Assembly: GCF_035594765.1 (NCBI RefSeq)
Contig: NC_085845.1
Span: 127,426,897-127,490,896, forward strand
Reading direction: 5' to 3'
DNA from: Anolis carolinensis
Taxonomy: Eukaryota
Length of the DNA stretch: 64,000 bases
The translations under genes were made by a program, and so were the position numbers. Numbering within the stretch: the stretch's first letter is position 1; each line of letters starts with the position of its first letter. Shown in pieces: positions 37,991 through 51,188 of this stretch. A model generated the notes under the pieces. That model made no database searches and was not told the DNA's origin. It worked only from the letters and a program-made list of their open reading frames with translations.

Positions 37991-39392
37991 ATTGGTTTGT
38001 TGAGGAAACAAGGATTGGTGAGAAAGCTTCAGTGGGTGCCCCCTTTCCCCATAATAATTCTTTCAGCAGTGAATTTCCATTCCTAGGCGTAGATTTCTCT
38101 CACTTCCTGTTGTCTCACCCCATTCTTAACTATGATGTTTATGACTCGTCATTACCTGTATTGTACATCTGCAATTATTCCACATGTAGATCTCTGGTCC
38201 CTCCACTATCAGCTGGATCCATTCACGTCATCCAAGAAATCACGTCACATGTGTAGCACACCTTATGACAACATAGATTATATGGCAGTGCAGATAAGGC
38301 CTCACAGTCAAGGCTTTTGTCTCTTTTATTTTTTCATTCTACACACATCCTTATGCTGTGAATTCTGTAAATGTCCAAATATATTAGAAGAGTAATTTTT
38401 CCCCCCATTACTGACTAATTAGTGCAGCTGACTAATATGTAGCACTATTTGTTTTTCACTGCACTTAGACTGCTGCACCCAATTTCCAGTAGTTTTGTGA
38501 GTACTATATGCCTTTTTGCCCTCAACTAGTAGAAAAAAAACAGAACCTGGAGATATCAAAGATTTTTCTTGATATATGAGATCACAAATTCAACTTCTCT
38601 CAGATTTCATTGACACTAGTCAGGAGTAAGGATGTGTGCAGTAATCTGTGTCACATTTAACATCTGTATATGTGCAGTGTCATGTTCTGTGCTTGACAGG
38701 GGTTTTAAGTGAAATGAAATTTTGTTGAAAGAGCTGGAAGAGCCTGTTAAAATGCTCCAAAACCTATTGGAAGTTCATAGCATTTTTTGCTTGCCTTAAT
38801 ACTCACCAGCACCCCACCTCCTTGCAATGATATGCTGTCTCATTGTCAAGTACTCCAAGATCTTCATAATCAGTGGTAAAATCCATTTTCCCCTAAAAAA
38901 ATACAAGATTTTGGTTGTTTCACATTTGTAAGAGACCTGCATTACAGTTTTCAAACTTATATGCAGATGGAAATGTCATTTTCACACTTCCTATAGATTA
39001 GCCTACAGATCACATAAGCAGCTAAATATATTGTAAAATATTTAAGTTTGAAATAAATGAGGGACTGGATATTTCAGATTAAAATGAAATGCCTAGGAGA
39101 ACAAGTATGTGTGAAATTCCTTAACAATCTGCAATTTCATCGTTTCATTAGTGATGCTAATCATAGCTCTTGCATGTATAGTTGTCGTAGTCAATAATGG
39201 ACATTCTTCCAATAACACGTCTCTCCATACTTACCTAAACTAGCTGAGAGGTGACAAAGAACTGCAATTGCTGTAGAATATGTCAGACATAACACTCTAC
39301 TGACACATGTGTATCTATGTGCTTTCAACCCTAGGCAAGGAATGGCAAGAGTTGATTTTGCCATTTTCTTCATTTGAAATATATCCTACAAC

Positions 39393-39452
39393 ACTCCCAT
39401 CCAAGTACTAAAACGGGCTGACTCTGCTTAGTTTCCAAAATTAGACAGAATC
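39393..39452 (-). pseudogene. 5S rRNA-derived fragment (SINE3 head remnant)
   Basis: Reverse complement ggaaactaagcagagtcagccc..ttagtacttggatgggag matches the 5S box A/C region. Confidence 0.7.
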
Positions 39453-40213
39453 TTGTGTTTTTAGGTTATATTTGACATAGCCTTTGAGAAAACAAGACTA
39501 TCCCAATGTCATGATGTCATGATGATGCAGCAATGACGATTGTAGAAAATTTTGTAAAATGTGCAATTAAAACTGCATTAAAAATTAATGAAGAAACAGG
39601 ACCAAGTGGATATAGGACTGGCCACGTGTTGAGCTAAGATGGATTAGGAACAAGGTCTGTGCATATATCAATTTTGAAAAACGGGCTCCGGCTGGTTCAG
39701 ATGGTTTAGCTCTTTCAGCCAGCCAAAATGGTGCAGATTCCACCACCATTTTTTATTGGCCGCAAATGACCACGTGGCTGCTGAAAACAGCTGGCTTTGG
39801 TTTCTTTCAGTTACATGAGGGGAAGGCAGGTTTCCCTGTGAGACTGTGAGCCCTGTTGCCTGCCTGAGCCAATCTGAAGAAGAAAGCCACTCAAGTATTC
39901 TGTGTTCCATCTATCTCAATTCTAATCTTTTTCTTTGGCAATTTCATTTTTGGGCTGTGAATGGGCATTTGGGGGAGGGGGTGCTTGTTTAAATATTGGG
40001 ATGGTTTACTGAAGTGAGAATGATAGCCCTCTCTTGCATTCCCACAGAGAGAATTCAATTCCTCCTCAGGTCTAACTGAATGAGATCAAAGAGATGGATG
40101 CTAGAAACAGGGGTTTCTTAAGCCCGATGCTTTAACCAGGGCTATCTGAAAAAGAAAAGAAAAAAAAGGAAAGTATGCTAAAAGCATGGGTTTCTTAAAC
40201 CTGATGCTTTGGC

Positions 40214-40999
40214 CAGAGCCGGCCCTAGGTATTTTTCAAGTGTAGGCGAACAGAATTTTGGCACCCCCCCAAACCAATCACTGAAAAATAAAAGTGTTGG
40301 ATAAGCGAAAATGTTGGATAATAAGGAAGTATAAAGGAAAAGCCTATAAAACATCAAATTACATTATGATTTTAAAAATTAAGCACCAAAACATCATGTT
40401 TTACAACAAATCAATAGAAAAAGCAGTTCAATACATGGTAATGTTATGTAGGAATTACTATATTTGCAAATTTAGCACTAAACATTGAACAGGGATATAG
40501 GGCAGTGTGGACTTAGATAACCCAAATAGCCCTCAGTATTAAAACAAAAACTCTAAAATCAGGACAATAAATAAATAACAACACTCTGAAAACAGAAGAA
40601 ATCCAGACAGTAAACAATCAGGGACAGCTAACTCCTCCCAAAAAAAGATTCTCCCAGGCAAGAAGAAGCCAGGCCTTGAAGCCACAGGGCCATTAAATGC
40701 TAATCAAGGTGATTAATTACAACATTCACACCTGCTTCAAAGAAAAGTTCTTTCTCCCACCCTGGACCTTCTACAGATATATAAACCCTACATACCTAGC
40801 TTCCAAGTTTCTACAGACCTCACAATCTCTGAAGGCCCCAAAGGTGGGCTTGCGTGGTGTGAAGGTGGGTCTGCGCTGGCCGGAAGGCCCGAAAGAGAAG
40901 GAGGTGGAGAGTGGTGCCCTCCTCCCAGGACGATGGTGCCCCCGGGACAATGGCGCCACAGGCAAATGCCTATTTCACCTTATGGTTGGACCGCCTCTG
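40214..40999 (+). mobile_element. Composite non-autonomous hAT (CAGAGCC family, long form) with Penelope cargo
   Basis: Inverted termini and a perfect 8-bp TSD GCTTTGGC. Internal 40580-40830 is Penelope-like. Confidence 0.9.
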
Positions 41000-41070
41000 G
41001 CTTTGGCCCAGGGCTATCTGAAGGAGATTAAAGGAGAGGATGCCAGAAGCAGGGAGTTCTTAAGACAGAT

Positions 41071-41672
41071 AATAATAATAAAACTTTATTTATACCCCAC
41101 CACCATCTCCCTGCGGGGACTCGGGGTGGCTTACATGGGACAGAGGCCCAAACAACATAGAACAAAACATAGGCAACATAATACAAATCACACTATAAAA
41201 AGATAAAACAGTAATACAATATATCAATTAAAACAAAAATACAGGATAAAAAATTGCATTTAAAACACATAAATGGTAAAATCGTAATAAAAACGGGATA
41301 GATTATTAAAAACCCTCTGGGGCGGATTAATTAATGACTGTATCCCCAAAGGCCTGCCGAAACATCCAAGTCTTCAGTTGTTTCCTGAAGGAAGGTAGAG
41401 AGGTAACCAACCTAATCTCCCTGGGGAGGGAGTTCCAGAGTCGGGGAGCCATGGCCGAGAAGGCCCTCTCTCTCGTCCCCATCAAACACAGTTGTGAGGA
41501 GGGTGGAAGTGAGAGAAGGGCCTCCCCGGAAGATCTCAGTGATCGGGTGGGTTCATAGGGGACGACGCGGTCACGAAGATAGGCAGGTCCTGAACCGTTT
41601 AGAGCTTTATAGGTAATAACCTGCACCTTAAATTGGGCCCGGAATATAATCGGCAGCCAGTGGAGCTGCTTG
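41071..41672 (-). mobile_element. L2-clade LINE 3' fragment
   Basis: KQLHWLP..KALNGSGPAYL..RAFSAMAPRLWNSLP..FRKQLKTWMF, with 3'UTR and tail. Confidence 0.9.
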
Positions 41673-43328
41673 ATGCCCTTAAAATAATGGAAAGGGGAGC
41701 CTCGTAAGTTCCCCATTGCCACCAATGGGCCAGATCTTCCCAGATCTTTTGGCTGTCAAACTGAAAAACAGATTTTTTTTCCCCTCGGCTGAATTCAGAG
41801 GCTACCGAAAAATGAATCGGGGGATCACCAAAATCCATTCACCAAAAACAGCATGGGGTTTAACCAAATGGCACACCCTATTAAGAACAGGCTTCTCCAT
41901 CCCTATTGTGACCTCATGAGATAGGGCTTTTAAAGCATTGTAGGATGCTTCACAGGCAGTCCAGCAATTAATGGGCATGTTGCCCATACCACAGCATTCC
42001 TGGACTTCAGGCAAGGTGGAGTGGAAGCATTCCTCCCAACATGGAGGCCTGCCCATGTTGTGATGGTTCCAATGAAGCCAGCACGGATCCTGGACACTCA
42101 GGCAATGCTTCCCACATATGATAGGAAGAAGCTGTGTGCAGGGCAACAGATTTTCCTCACTGCCCATCTTTTTTTAGTCAAGCTAGATGCTTCACCTGGC
42201 TTTTGTGATAAGGTTGCCTGACTGCTATGATAAAATATGACCAGAGGCTTACTATAAACTATTGTTTGTACTTTGCAGACAAAATAACCTGGATTTGTGC
42301 TGATTTGGATAATATAGGTGATATAGGTTCAGTGAATGTAGCTTTTGCCCAGATTTGATGTATATTTTTCAGTTTGTACGGGCTGAGAATGTGGATAGCA
42401 TCCTTGGAGGAGTGAGCACCATCCCATTAATATCAAATCTTTGCCCTTCCTGGCCATTAAACAGACTGGAGAGAACAAACCAAATGAATAAAAGGAATGG
42501 TCGGTACCTCACTAGACAAAAGTAGAATTCCAATATGCTAAATGTAAGCATTTATAGGATCTATTACAGCCCTTGAACCCCAAAAAATTCAGGATGAAAT
42601 TAATTTACATTTGGTGTCTAATCAAATTCATCATTTCAGTAAATGACCATACTAAGAACTAGAAATGTATTGATTCTGTTGGACATTTCTGCAGATCGTG
42701 ATACTACTGAGCATGGTATCCTTCTGGGATGTCTTGCTTCACAATGGCTCCATTCCTTGTTGAGTAATTCTTTTTGAACTCCTTGACCAATGCATTTGTG
42801 GAGTCACCTCAGATATCTCTCCTTCACCCCTTTAATCTGTACACAGAAGTGCTAGGAGATATTGTCTGAAGTTTGAGGTTCATCTGTGACCTATATATAG
42901 TGCTAACTGTATCCCAAAATTTGCCCAAGCACATGGTAGTGCCTCTTGAAGAGTTGGGAAATTCCTATTGGCCAATTGGGGTAAAAATGCTTTTCAGAGA
43001 GGAATGTGGAGAGTATGATGACAAGCATGCCTTTAGGGACTCTTGTGGACCCTATTAGCAGAATGTGAGAGTCATCGAGAAAAATACAGCCAGGCCAACA
43101 TGTACAGGTACACATTCATGGAGCAGATAACCTACAGTTCCTGCTTTTCCTAGGATTGCAATGACATAAATGTTTTAGACACTAGTCAGGAAAATATCTG
43201 GAAAATCAGCCCCATTCATCTAAATGGCTTACAATTTGTGGAAATAAAACTTTAATTATTGCTTTAAAGTATTTACAAGGGGTCAGATTCTACCGGCTGT
43301 TATTTCCATCCTTTTTGTTTGCAGGTGG

Positions 43329-43617
43329 CAGGCATGTAACCAGGGGGGGGGGGGGGGCTTGAGGGGCTTCAGCCACCCCCCCCCCCCCGAAATTCTCAGG
43401 GTGGTCCGTGAAAAGGCCTTACATTTATTATTTAAACTGCTATGTTTATTCATATCATAATCTGATCACCATGCTCAATATATCCCTTATGCATGGGGGT
43501 ATTGGGATAACGATACCAAAGGTTTGCTAGGGTAGATCGTCTCTCACCCAGACTCAGCCTCCCCCCCACAACCAAAATCCCAGTCCCTCCCAAACCAAAA
43601 TCCTGGCTACGGGCCTG
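43329..43617. mobile_element. Non-autonomous hAT transposon
   Basis: Termini CAGGCATGTAACCAGG / CCTGGCTACGGGCCTG and a perfect 8-bp TSD GCAGGTGG. Confidence 0.88.
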
Positions 43618-44467
43618 GCAGGTGGTATAATATTATCTATTATAATTCATTAGTTAATATATGTTATATTTTGCATTGTTCAGCTCAAGGCAATGTACAT
43701 TGCTACCTACTTCCCTCCAGAAAAAAAATCACAAATTAGTCCAGGCCAAGGGAGCAACTAGCCCAAGTTCATCCAATAAGTTTCATGAATCAGTAGAGGC
43801 TAGACCTCGGTCACAGTCTAATGTGTCTGCATTTATGAGCTAAACACAGTAAGATAGTACGTCGCTCACTTCCATGCTCATAAACTAACAGTTGGCTTAC
43901 AGAATTAGCTTCTTGCCTGCAACATAAAGACTTCTTCACATGAGGATTTTTCTTGTCAACACAGGAAGGTTCTTCTGGTGGGTGATACTTCCACCATGTG
44001 ATAGGGGAAGTGTTGCCGCACCTGCTGCTTTGCCATACTTGCTGGCAAAACTGCAAGGGGGGTGGGTGTTATAAAGTCATTTATGTCTGACTTTTTTACA
44101 GTGAGATAAGAAAGAGCTTTGTGTCGATGCATGCAAAATACTTTGAATACTTTAAATAACTATCTCTGTCTAATTATCTGACTGTCTAGCAAACTCTATT
44201 TCTATCTCTCACATCAAAAATAGCAGGCTATGGTAAATCTGAAACTATTAATTTCTTCACATTTCTTTCCTTTTTTTTCTAGTAGAAGCACATCTACTAT
44301 CCAGTACATAAGTACATCCACCAACCTAGTCATTAAAGCAAATTGACCTACCCATCTAGGAGAAAATAAAGAGTTTTAAATTTTTTTAAAAAAAAAACAT
44401 GAAAAAAGAGAATGCGCTATAGCAATAATCCTCTGCTTCCGGGCAAGTGAGAGTCATTTTCTTAACT

Positions 44468-44663
44468 TTTTTGTGTGTTAGGAATGACTTGAGAAACTGC
44501 CAGTTGCTTCTGGTGTGTGAGAATTGACAGTCTGCAGTCTCCCCACACAGGGAGCTAGAGCTGACAGATGGGAGCTCACCCCACTCCCTGGATTCAAACC
44601 GCTGACCTTTTGGTTGGCAGTCCTGTCAGCACAAGGGTTTAACCCACTGCATCACAGGGTCCT
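44468..44663 (-). mobile_element. SINE with Sauria-like tRNA head and Vingi-like LINE tail
   Basis: The head matches the Sauria SINE (gggagctcaccc..ggattcaaaccgc). The tail gcagtttctcaagtcattcctaacac-A-rich is different. TSD-like TTTTCTTAACT. Confidence 0.65.
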
Positions 44664-44816
44664 ATTTTTTTTCTTAACTAAATAACATGATTCAAATGTT
44701 ACAATGTTGGTGTGAGTTTTGTTTTTCTGATTAAGAGGTCTAGGACCAGCTTTGTCAGTAGTATTGTGAGATTTTGTATGCCATTAAAAACATATATACA
44801 CACACTTGAAAACACA

Positions 44817-45080
44817 CAGTCAGCCCTCTACATTTGCTGGGTTTCAGTACAGGACCCTGTAAATGTGAGAAAACTGAATAAGAAATTGGGCATTTTAAAC
44901 TGAATGAACATCTCTCTAGGAATTTTTTTGATCATCCATACAGCTCCATGATCAGCTTCTGGGATAAGTTGATCCTAGAGTCACACTGAAAGACCTAGAC
45001 ATTTCTAGAAAGATCATATTAATCAGTCCACCATAATTAAATCTGCATAATTTAAACCTATAAACATAGAGGGTCTACTG
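44817..45080. mobile_element. Tigger-like MITE
   Basis: Inverted ends cagtcagccctcta / tagagggtctactg. Related copy at 62570-62825. Confidence 0.55.
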
Positions 45081-46282
45081 CAGAGACAGACAGACAGTCA
45101 ACTGACCAACCAATCATACACAGCAAAAGGTGTTGTGGGGGAGGCATTAAGGAAACAAATAAATTCCAACTTGCCTGTATTTATTTGTTAAAAATATGTG
45201 TTTTAATAAATATAGGCATGCTTACCCTGATGTTTTTTCTTTTAGTATTGTTTTGCCACAAAAACAATTTCTTAGCTATTTAAAGATTTTATGATATTGT
45301 TTTTATTGCCAGACGGAGAGAATGGCAACTGTAGGAAGTACTATGCTCTGTTCCAAAATATGCTAACCTGACTTGGGTACTATATATCTTGACTCTGGAA
45401 GATAGGCACTATTTGCTATTCTGCCTGAAGCAGCAAAATGCCTTGGGCAAACCCCAAGGAAGTCCACTACTGGTATTTTCCTGAATTTCTTCCTAATGCA
45501 GTGCCAGGCTGTTCCCTTCCACTTAATTGTGATAACTTGTAGACATTGAGAAAATAAAATCAATTTCTTCACATTGTAACATAACACTGAGATTTATCAA
45601 ATATTTCTGTTCTTTCCTGTTGGTTTTTTTTCAAGAAAGAGTCTCATTTTTTCATTGTTTCTCCGTACTCATACATATCATTCTTCCATCCTTGAAGTGA
45701 ATTTGAATGTTGATGTACTTCTGCAAGTTTAATAAGGCATAGGCATCTTCACAACTGCCTTGTGTCAATGTACCTGTTACATGGCTTAATAGTCCATGAG
45801 GAAATGGAAGGAAGGGGGAGTGGAAGCGACAGTAAGTTGGTGGGGCAAGCGATAATGAGCTACCAATTACTGCAGGAGAATACAGTCACTGAAATATAGT
45901 AATTAAATGTTCTATCTTGTTAAATTAATTGATCACAATGGGAAACAGGCACTCTGAAAGTAGTGTGCTGTAAAGTCATATTAAAAGAACAGCTTCTAAA
46001 ACAAGCCACATTTGCATTTGGCTAGCTCAGCTGCTACACTATTTAACTGTTGTTTTTGTTTTAACAATACTTTTTCCTGAAAAGAATTCTGCACCATAAC
46101 CAGGGGCTATACCATCCCTGCTTTTTTGACTGACAGGTTGCTCCATTCTTTCCTGTTTTAACTCAGGAACAGTACAGTGTCAGAGGTGAAGCAACCATCC
46201 TTGACACATACTTTCTCTTCCAAGACTCAGGCTTGGAAACATGGGAAGCTACAAATGACATTTTTTCATCACTTTGTAGTTT

Positions 46283-46750
46283 GTTTATTTATTTATTTAC
46301 AGTATTTATATTCCGCCCTTCTCACCCCGAAGGGGACTCAGGGCGGATCACATTATACACACATAGGGCAAACATTCAATGCCCATAAACACATCAAACA
46401 GAGACCGAGACAGACAGACGCAGAGGCAATTTAACCTTCTCCTGAGGGGATGTTCGATTCTGTCCACAGGGGGGAACAGCTGCTTCATCATCCACTCTGA
46501 TGGAACTTCCTCATTCCAAGTCGTAAATTAGTTAAACTTGCCTCCCCACTTTTTTTATAAGTGGTACCTTATTTCCTACTTGATAGATGCAACTATCTTT
46601 CGGGTTACTAGGTCAGCAACGAGCAGGGGCTATTTTTAATTTTTAATTGACAGGTGCTCACCCCGCCACAGGCTGGCCTCGAACTCATGACCTCATGGTC
46701 AGAGTGATTTATTGCAGCTGCTCAATAGCCTGCACCACAGCCCAGCCCCT
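46283..46750 (-). mobile_element. Anolis SINE2-like element, long form
   Basis: Homologous to 30912-31352. Confidence 0.85.
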
Positions 46751-47331
46751 GCTAGCAACTATTAATTTCTAAACATCTGGAGTTAAAGAATTGGACTTCC
46801 AAACCAAGTACTGTATACTGCAGCAGAACTAGATTAAAATATACTAGTGTCCATCACTTGTTGACTGGAGTAAAATTGTGTGGGGTGCCAGAGCAACATT
46901 GAAGAACTGTGGAAAGGAGGAATTTCCCCCTTCTTTCCTTGCCTCCCTTCTCTGGTCGCCCCATCACTCATTACTCCAGGTGATGAGTAATGGACACAAG
47001 TCACATTGCACCTGCTGGCTGCTGTGATAATGAGAACAGGAGAGGGAAAGTGAGTGTCATCTCACGTCTTTGGGTTGCCTGAGCCTGGGAAATATGGAAT
47101 GGCTGTATAAACAATTCCATCTGGTTCCATCTTGGAACTGGTCCAACTATTTACACAGGCCTGAAGTCAGTTTGCTCTGGATTCTTGGGAGAATGCAGAG
47201 CAAAATGGTTAACTTGGTTCAAGGCCTCATTGACCTACATCAGCTCCATGAGTCACGCAGCCACTACAGAACTGATCACATCCCAATTTGGCATAATAGT
47301 CAGTGCATGCCTGAGAAACATTACTCTAAAC

Positions 47332-47467
47332 CAGTGGTACTCAACTGGTGGGTCCCCAGGTATTTTGGCCTACAACTCCCAGAAATCCCAGCCGGTTTAC
47401 CAGCAGTTAGGATTTCTGTGTGTTGATAGGCCAAAACATTTGAGGACCCACAGATTGAGATCCATTG
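47332..47467. mobile_element. hAT MITE, hairpin type
   Basis: CAGTGGTACTCAA / TTGAGATCCATTG ends and TSD CTCTAAAC / CTCTAAAT. Confidence 0.85.
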
Positions 47468-47915
47468 CTCTAAATTGTTAGGCTCATGTGGTTCCATATT
47501 ATTAGTGAGTGAAATGGTCACAATTAGTGTTAGAGAAGGGAGACAACAATATCTTGTGTACTTGAGATAGAGTTATACAAGCTGCCTGACATCCTCCCAT
47601 ATACAATTAAACATTGTAGAATTTAGATCTGAATAAACATCAACAGGAATCAACTGTCCAGGAAAATACAGGTGACTATGTGCCAACTGTCTACTGTGTG
47701 GAAGTCCTACAACTTGTCCCTAAATTCTTACCACACACAGGACAATATCCTGTTAGTGACTGTGGTTGCTCACGTCTTTCCTCATCACAAGTGTATATAT
47801 TCTTGTCTACTCTTTGCAACGACCAAAGCTCTTTCTCATGAGATCTACAGTTTTGATGTGATGGTCCCTCTGGATAGCTGTTCTATAATTGATGGAGAAC
47901 ACTGTATAATTATCC

Positions 47916-48203
47916 CAGGGCCGGTCCAACAATTAGGCAAATTAAGCGGTCGCTTCGGGAGCAAAACATACAGGGGCGCAGTCAAGACTGCTTTTTCTGT
48001 TGATTTCTTGTAAAACATGATGTTTTGGTGCTTAATTTGTAAAATCTTAATGTAATTTGATGTTTAATAGGCTTTTCCTTAATCCCTCCTTATTATCCAA
48101 TATTTTCGCTTATCCAACGCTTTTATTTTTCAGTTATTGGTTTGGGGGGGGGGGCACCAAAATTCTGTTCGCCTACACTTGAAAAATACCTAGGTCCAGC
48201 TCT
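47916..48203 (-). mobile_element. Non-autonomous hAT (CAGAGCC family, short form)
   Basis: Near-identical to 22329-22627. No clear TSD. Confidence 0.85.
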
Positions 48204-49179
48204 TATATATGTACCATAGTCCAACACAGACCAATGACATCTGTCAAGCATTGGCCAGCATGAAGGAAGTGGGAAAACCTTCTTCCTGATCACATGAGCA
48301 TCCTGTTCTGACATAGGTGGAGGTACCTGGTTATGTGGGAACTCTGTTGATATCACAGTGGGGCACCCATGCAACCAATGACCCAGATTCATAATTAATG
48401 CCTAGGATCCAAGACTGCTCTCTGGCATATTTTCACCAGGCTAGACTACCTGGTACAGATGAACCCCAAGAATAGGTTTAGGCTACAGAACTGTGTCATT
48501 CCACATGCAAGAGACTGACTGGAGAGGACATGAGAGATAAGACAGAAGCACAGAGGGAAGGAGGGAGCAGGAAGAAAGAATGAGTTATAAATATAGAATA
48601 TCCAAAGTTTGCCTAAAGACCTTCGATATTTAATTGTCAGTCCAACTGTCATAAGGACAGAAAACAAATTAGAAGGGTGGGGGAAAATGCTAGATTTACA
48701 TCCAGTTCTAGACTGTGATCCCATTCAAAATTCAGCAGTGGTTTCAGTGCCAGGAACTCTTTCAGGCACACCTGACAGGATGAAAAGCTGTCAGAAATTG
48801 ATTCTCGCATGTTGCTGAGGACAGAACAAAAAGTAATTGGCTTTAAGATGCAGCAGAGGAAAATATAAGTTAATTTTGTTGGAAATGGATCAAGCTGGTA
48901 AGAGGGGATATGTTATCACCTCTACTGGAAATATTCAAGGCTAGGCTACTGTGTGAAGGACTCTCATGGGGCAATGAAATCAATTTTGTCACAGTGCGGA
49001 GGAATGCAATTGCACATCCTTTCTAGTCCTAATGATTCATCTGAGACATGTTGCATGCTATATAGAAAATGGCATGATATACATAGTTTAGCAGAATTGC
49101 TAGTAATTGTGTGTGAGAGAGAGTGGGGGAGGGAGAGAGATTGTGTGTATTGGTTTTCTGACTTGAGAGGTTGTGCAGG

Positions 49180-49390
49180 TAATGTTGTTTGGTTTAGTGC
49201 TGGACTATGAATCTGGAAATCGTTCGAATCTCCACCATAGAAACCCACTGGTCAACCTTGATCAAGTCGCAATCTTTCAGCTTAGGATGAAAACAATGAT
49301 AAACCTCCTATGACCAAATCTTTCCAAGAAAACCTTGTGATATGTTTTAAGGTTTTCATAAGAGGGAAACAACAGAAAGGCCAACAACAA
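49180..49390 (+). mobile_element. Old tRNA-SINE with RTE/BovB-type tail
   Basis: gttcgaatc B-box and ccaagaaaacc tail. Confidence 0.55.
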
Positions 49391-49557
49391 CAGTGAAAAC
49401 ATATTTTCCATTGGTAACTATTGTCAAAACTGGTTGAATGGGCATTTTTCAAAAATAGAAGAAGCCAACTAAAAATGTGGCTAAACCACCCTTTGAGAAA
49501 CAATGGCTTGCATTCTGTTACAAGTTATGAAGTTGTAAGCCAGACGTGCAACCTCAC

Positions 49558-49928
49558 AACTGGGTTGCTGTGAGTTTTCTGGGCTATATAGACATGTTCA
49601 AGAATCATTTCTCCTGACATTTCACCCACATCTATGGCAGGCATCCTCAGAGGTTGTGAGGTCTGTTGGGAACTAAGCAAGTGGGATTTATATATCTGTG
49701 GAATGCTCAGGGTGGAAGAAAGAACTCTTGTCTGCCAAACGCAAGTGTGACTGTTGCAATTTGCCAACTTGATTAGTATTGAATAGCCTGGCAATTTCAA
49801 GGCCTGGCTGCTTGCTGCCTGGGGGAATCCTTTGTTGGAAACACCAAAGAACAACACTCAGAAGACAGGAGAATTCCAGACAAGAAACAATCAGTGCCAG
49901 TTAACACCTCCCAACAAAGGATTCCCCC
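49558..49928 (-). mobile_element. Penelope-like element fragment with an inverted segment
   Basis: Minus-strand 3' end joined to a plus-strand piece. ggggaatcctttgttgg / ccaacaaaggattcccc form an inverted pair. Confidence 0.75.
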
Positions 49929-51128
49929 ATAATTTTGTCACCCCATGCTCTTGGGCTATATATCCTTTACCATGGTCCAACTCACCATTTTCTTTTGTTT
50001 AGATGCCCCCAAATACCTTTTAGAGGATGTGAGTACATTTTGCCATGTTTAGTTGATTTCGCATTTTAATCAACAGGAACTGGGTGGAAGTGACTTTCTG
50101 TTCACATCTTGTTTTTGAAAACACTGTCCTGGGCCTAAATTAACCTGAGGGCAAAAATTGTATCATATGGGGGCAAAAAATTGCAAACCTCCTACAGAAA
50201 AATGAGTTGTGCCTCCAGGAGGGTTCTGAGGGACCACAAAAATGTCCCTGGAGTGCATGCAACCCTTTTATGCAACCTTTGTTTAGGCATTATAATTGTT
50301 GGGCAAGCGAGATTTTGTACATTCATGTTACTGACAAATTTATCTTTTGCAGTTTCTGCCCTAATGCATTGAAAGACCCATAAGATTTAAAACAATGGTC
50401 ATTATTAAGGATATTATTTTTGTAGAAGGAAAATAGCATGAAAGTACACACTGTGTCTAATGATAACACAATCAATTAGTGCTTAACTCTTCTGGCTATA
50501 TTTAGAAGATTTTTTTAATTTTAAAAAGGACTGGTTATGTTACTGGAATTGTGGTTATTTTTATTGATGCTATGCAATATTCTCATTTTCTGTTTTGGAA
50601 CCCTGCTGCTGTTAACATTAAATGTTCTCTCAATGCATCTTAGAAACACTTGGACTTCTGGAAAATGGAATTAATCCTATTTCTTCATTTGAGCAAATTA
50701 GCCTGTGTGCTTGGAAACACTGGATTATACAAAAATCAGAGCTTGAATGTCATTTTTGGAGCACAGGCTCCAGAATCCTCACAACTCTTCTCTTTGGCTA
50801 TTCTGACTAGATGTTGCTCAAGCTGCCATTTCCAAAAAAAGTAACGTTTCTTGACTCTGATAGGAATGAGACGTCTATAATGCTGTCTATCATTCTGCCA
50901 TAATATGTAAACCACCTTCTAACACTTTTTCAATGATATGATAATGGAACCAGTATTTGACAACACAAATAATGCTATTCAGAGATGATTGTTTGATTAA
51001 TTGATTTATTTAAAATATTTGTTGGCTATTAGATTTTTAAAAAACCCTCTCATGGTGACCTATTATTATTATATTATATTTATTTATATCCCACTTTATC
51101 TCCCCAAAAGGGACTCAAACTGGCTTAT

Positions 51129-51129
51129 C

Positions 51130-51188
<59 letters not shown>
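51129..51188. repeat. (ATCT)n microsatellite between two minus-strand L2/SINE tails
   Basis: Seen directly. Confidence 0.95.

Noticed and set aside
39393-39452. Functional 5S rRNA gene
   Set aside because: Partial and diverged. It fits a SINE3 head remnant.
42373-42525. Plus-strand exon after ttttcag
   Set aside because: The translation is unrecognisable, the donor is weak, and the region may be decayed TE.
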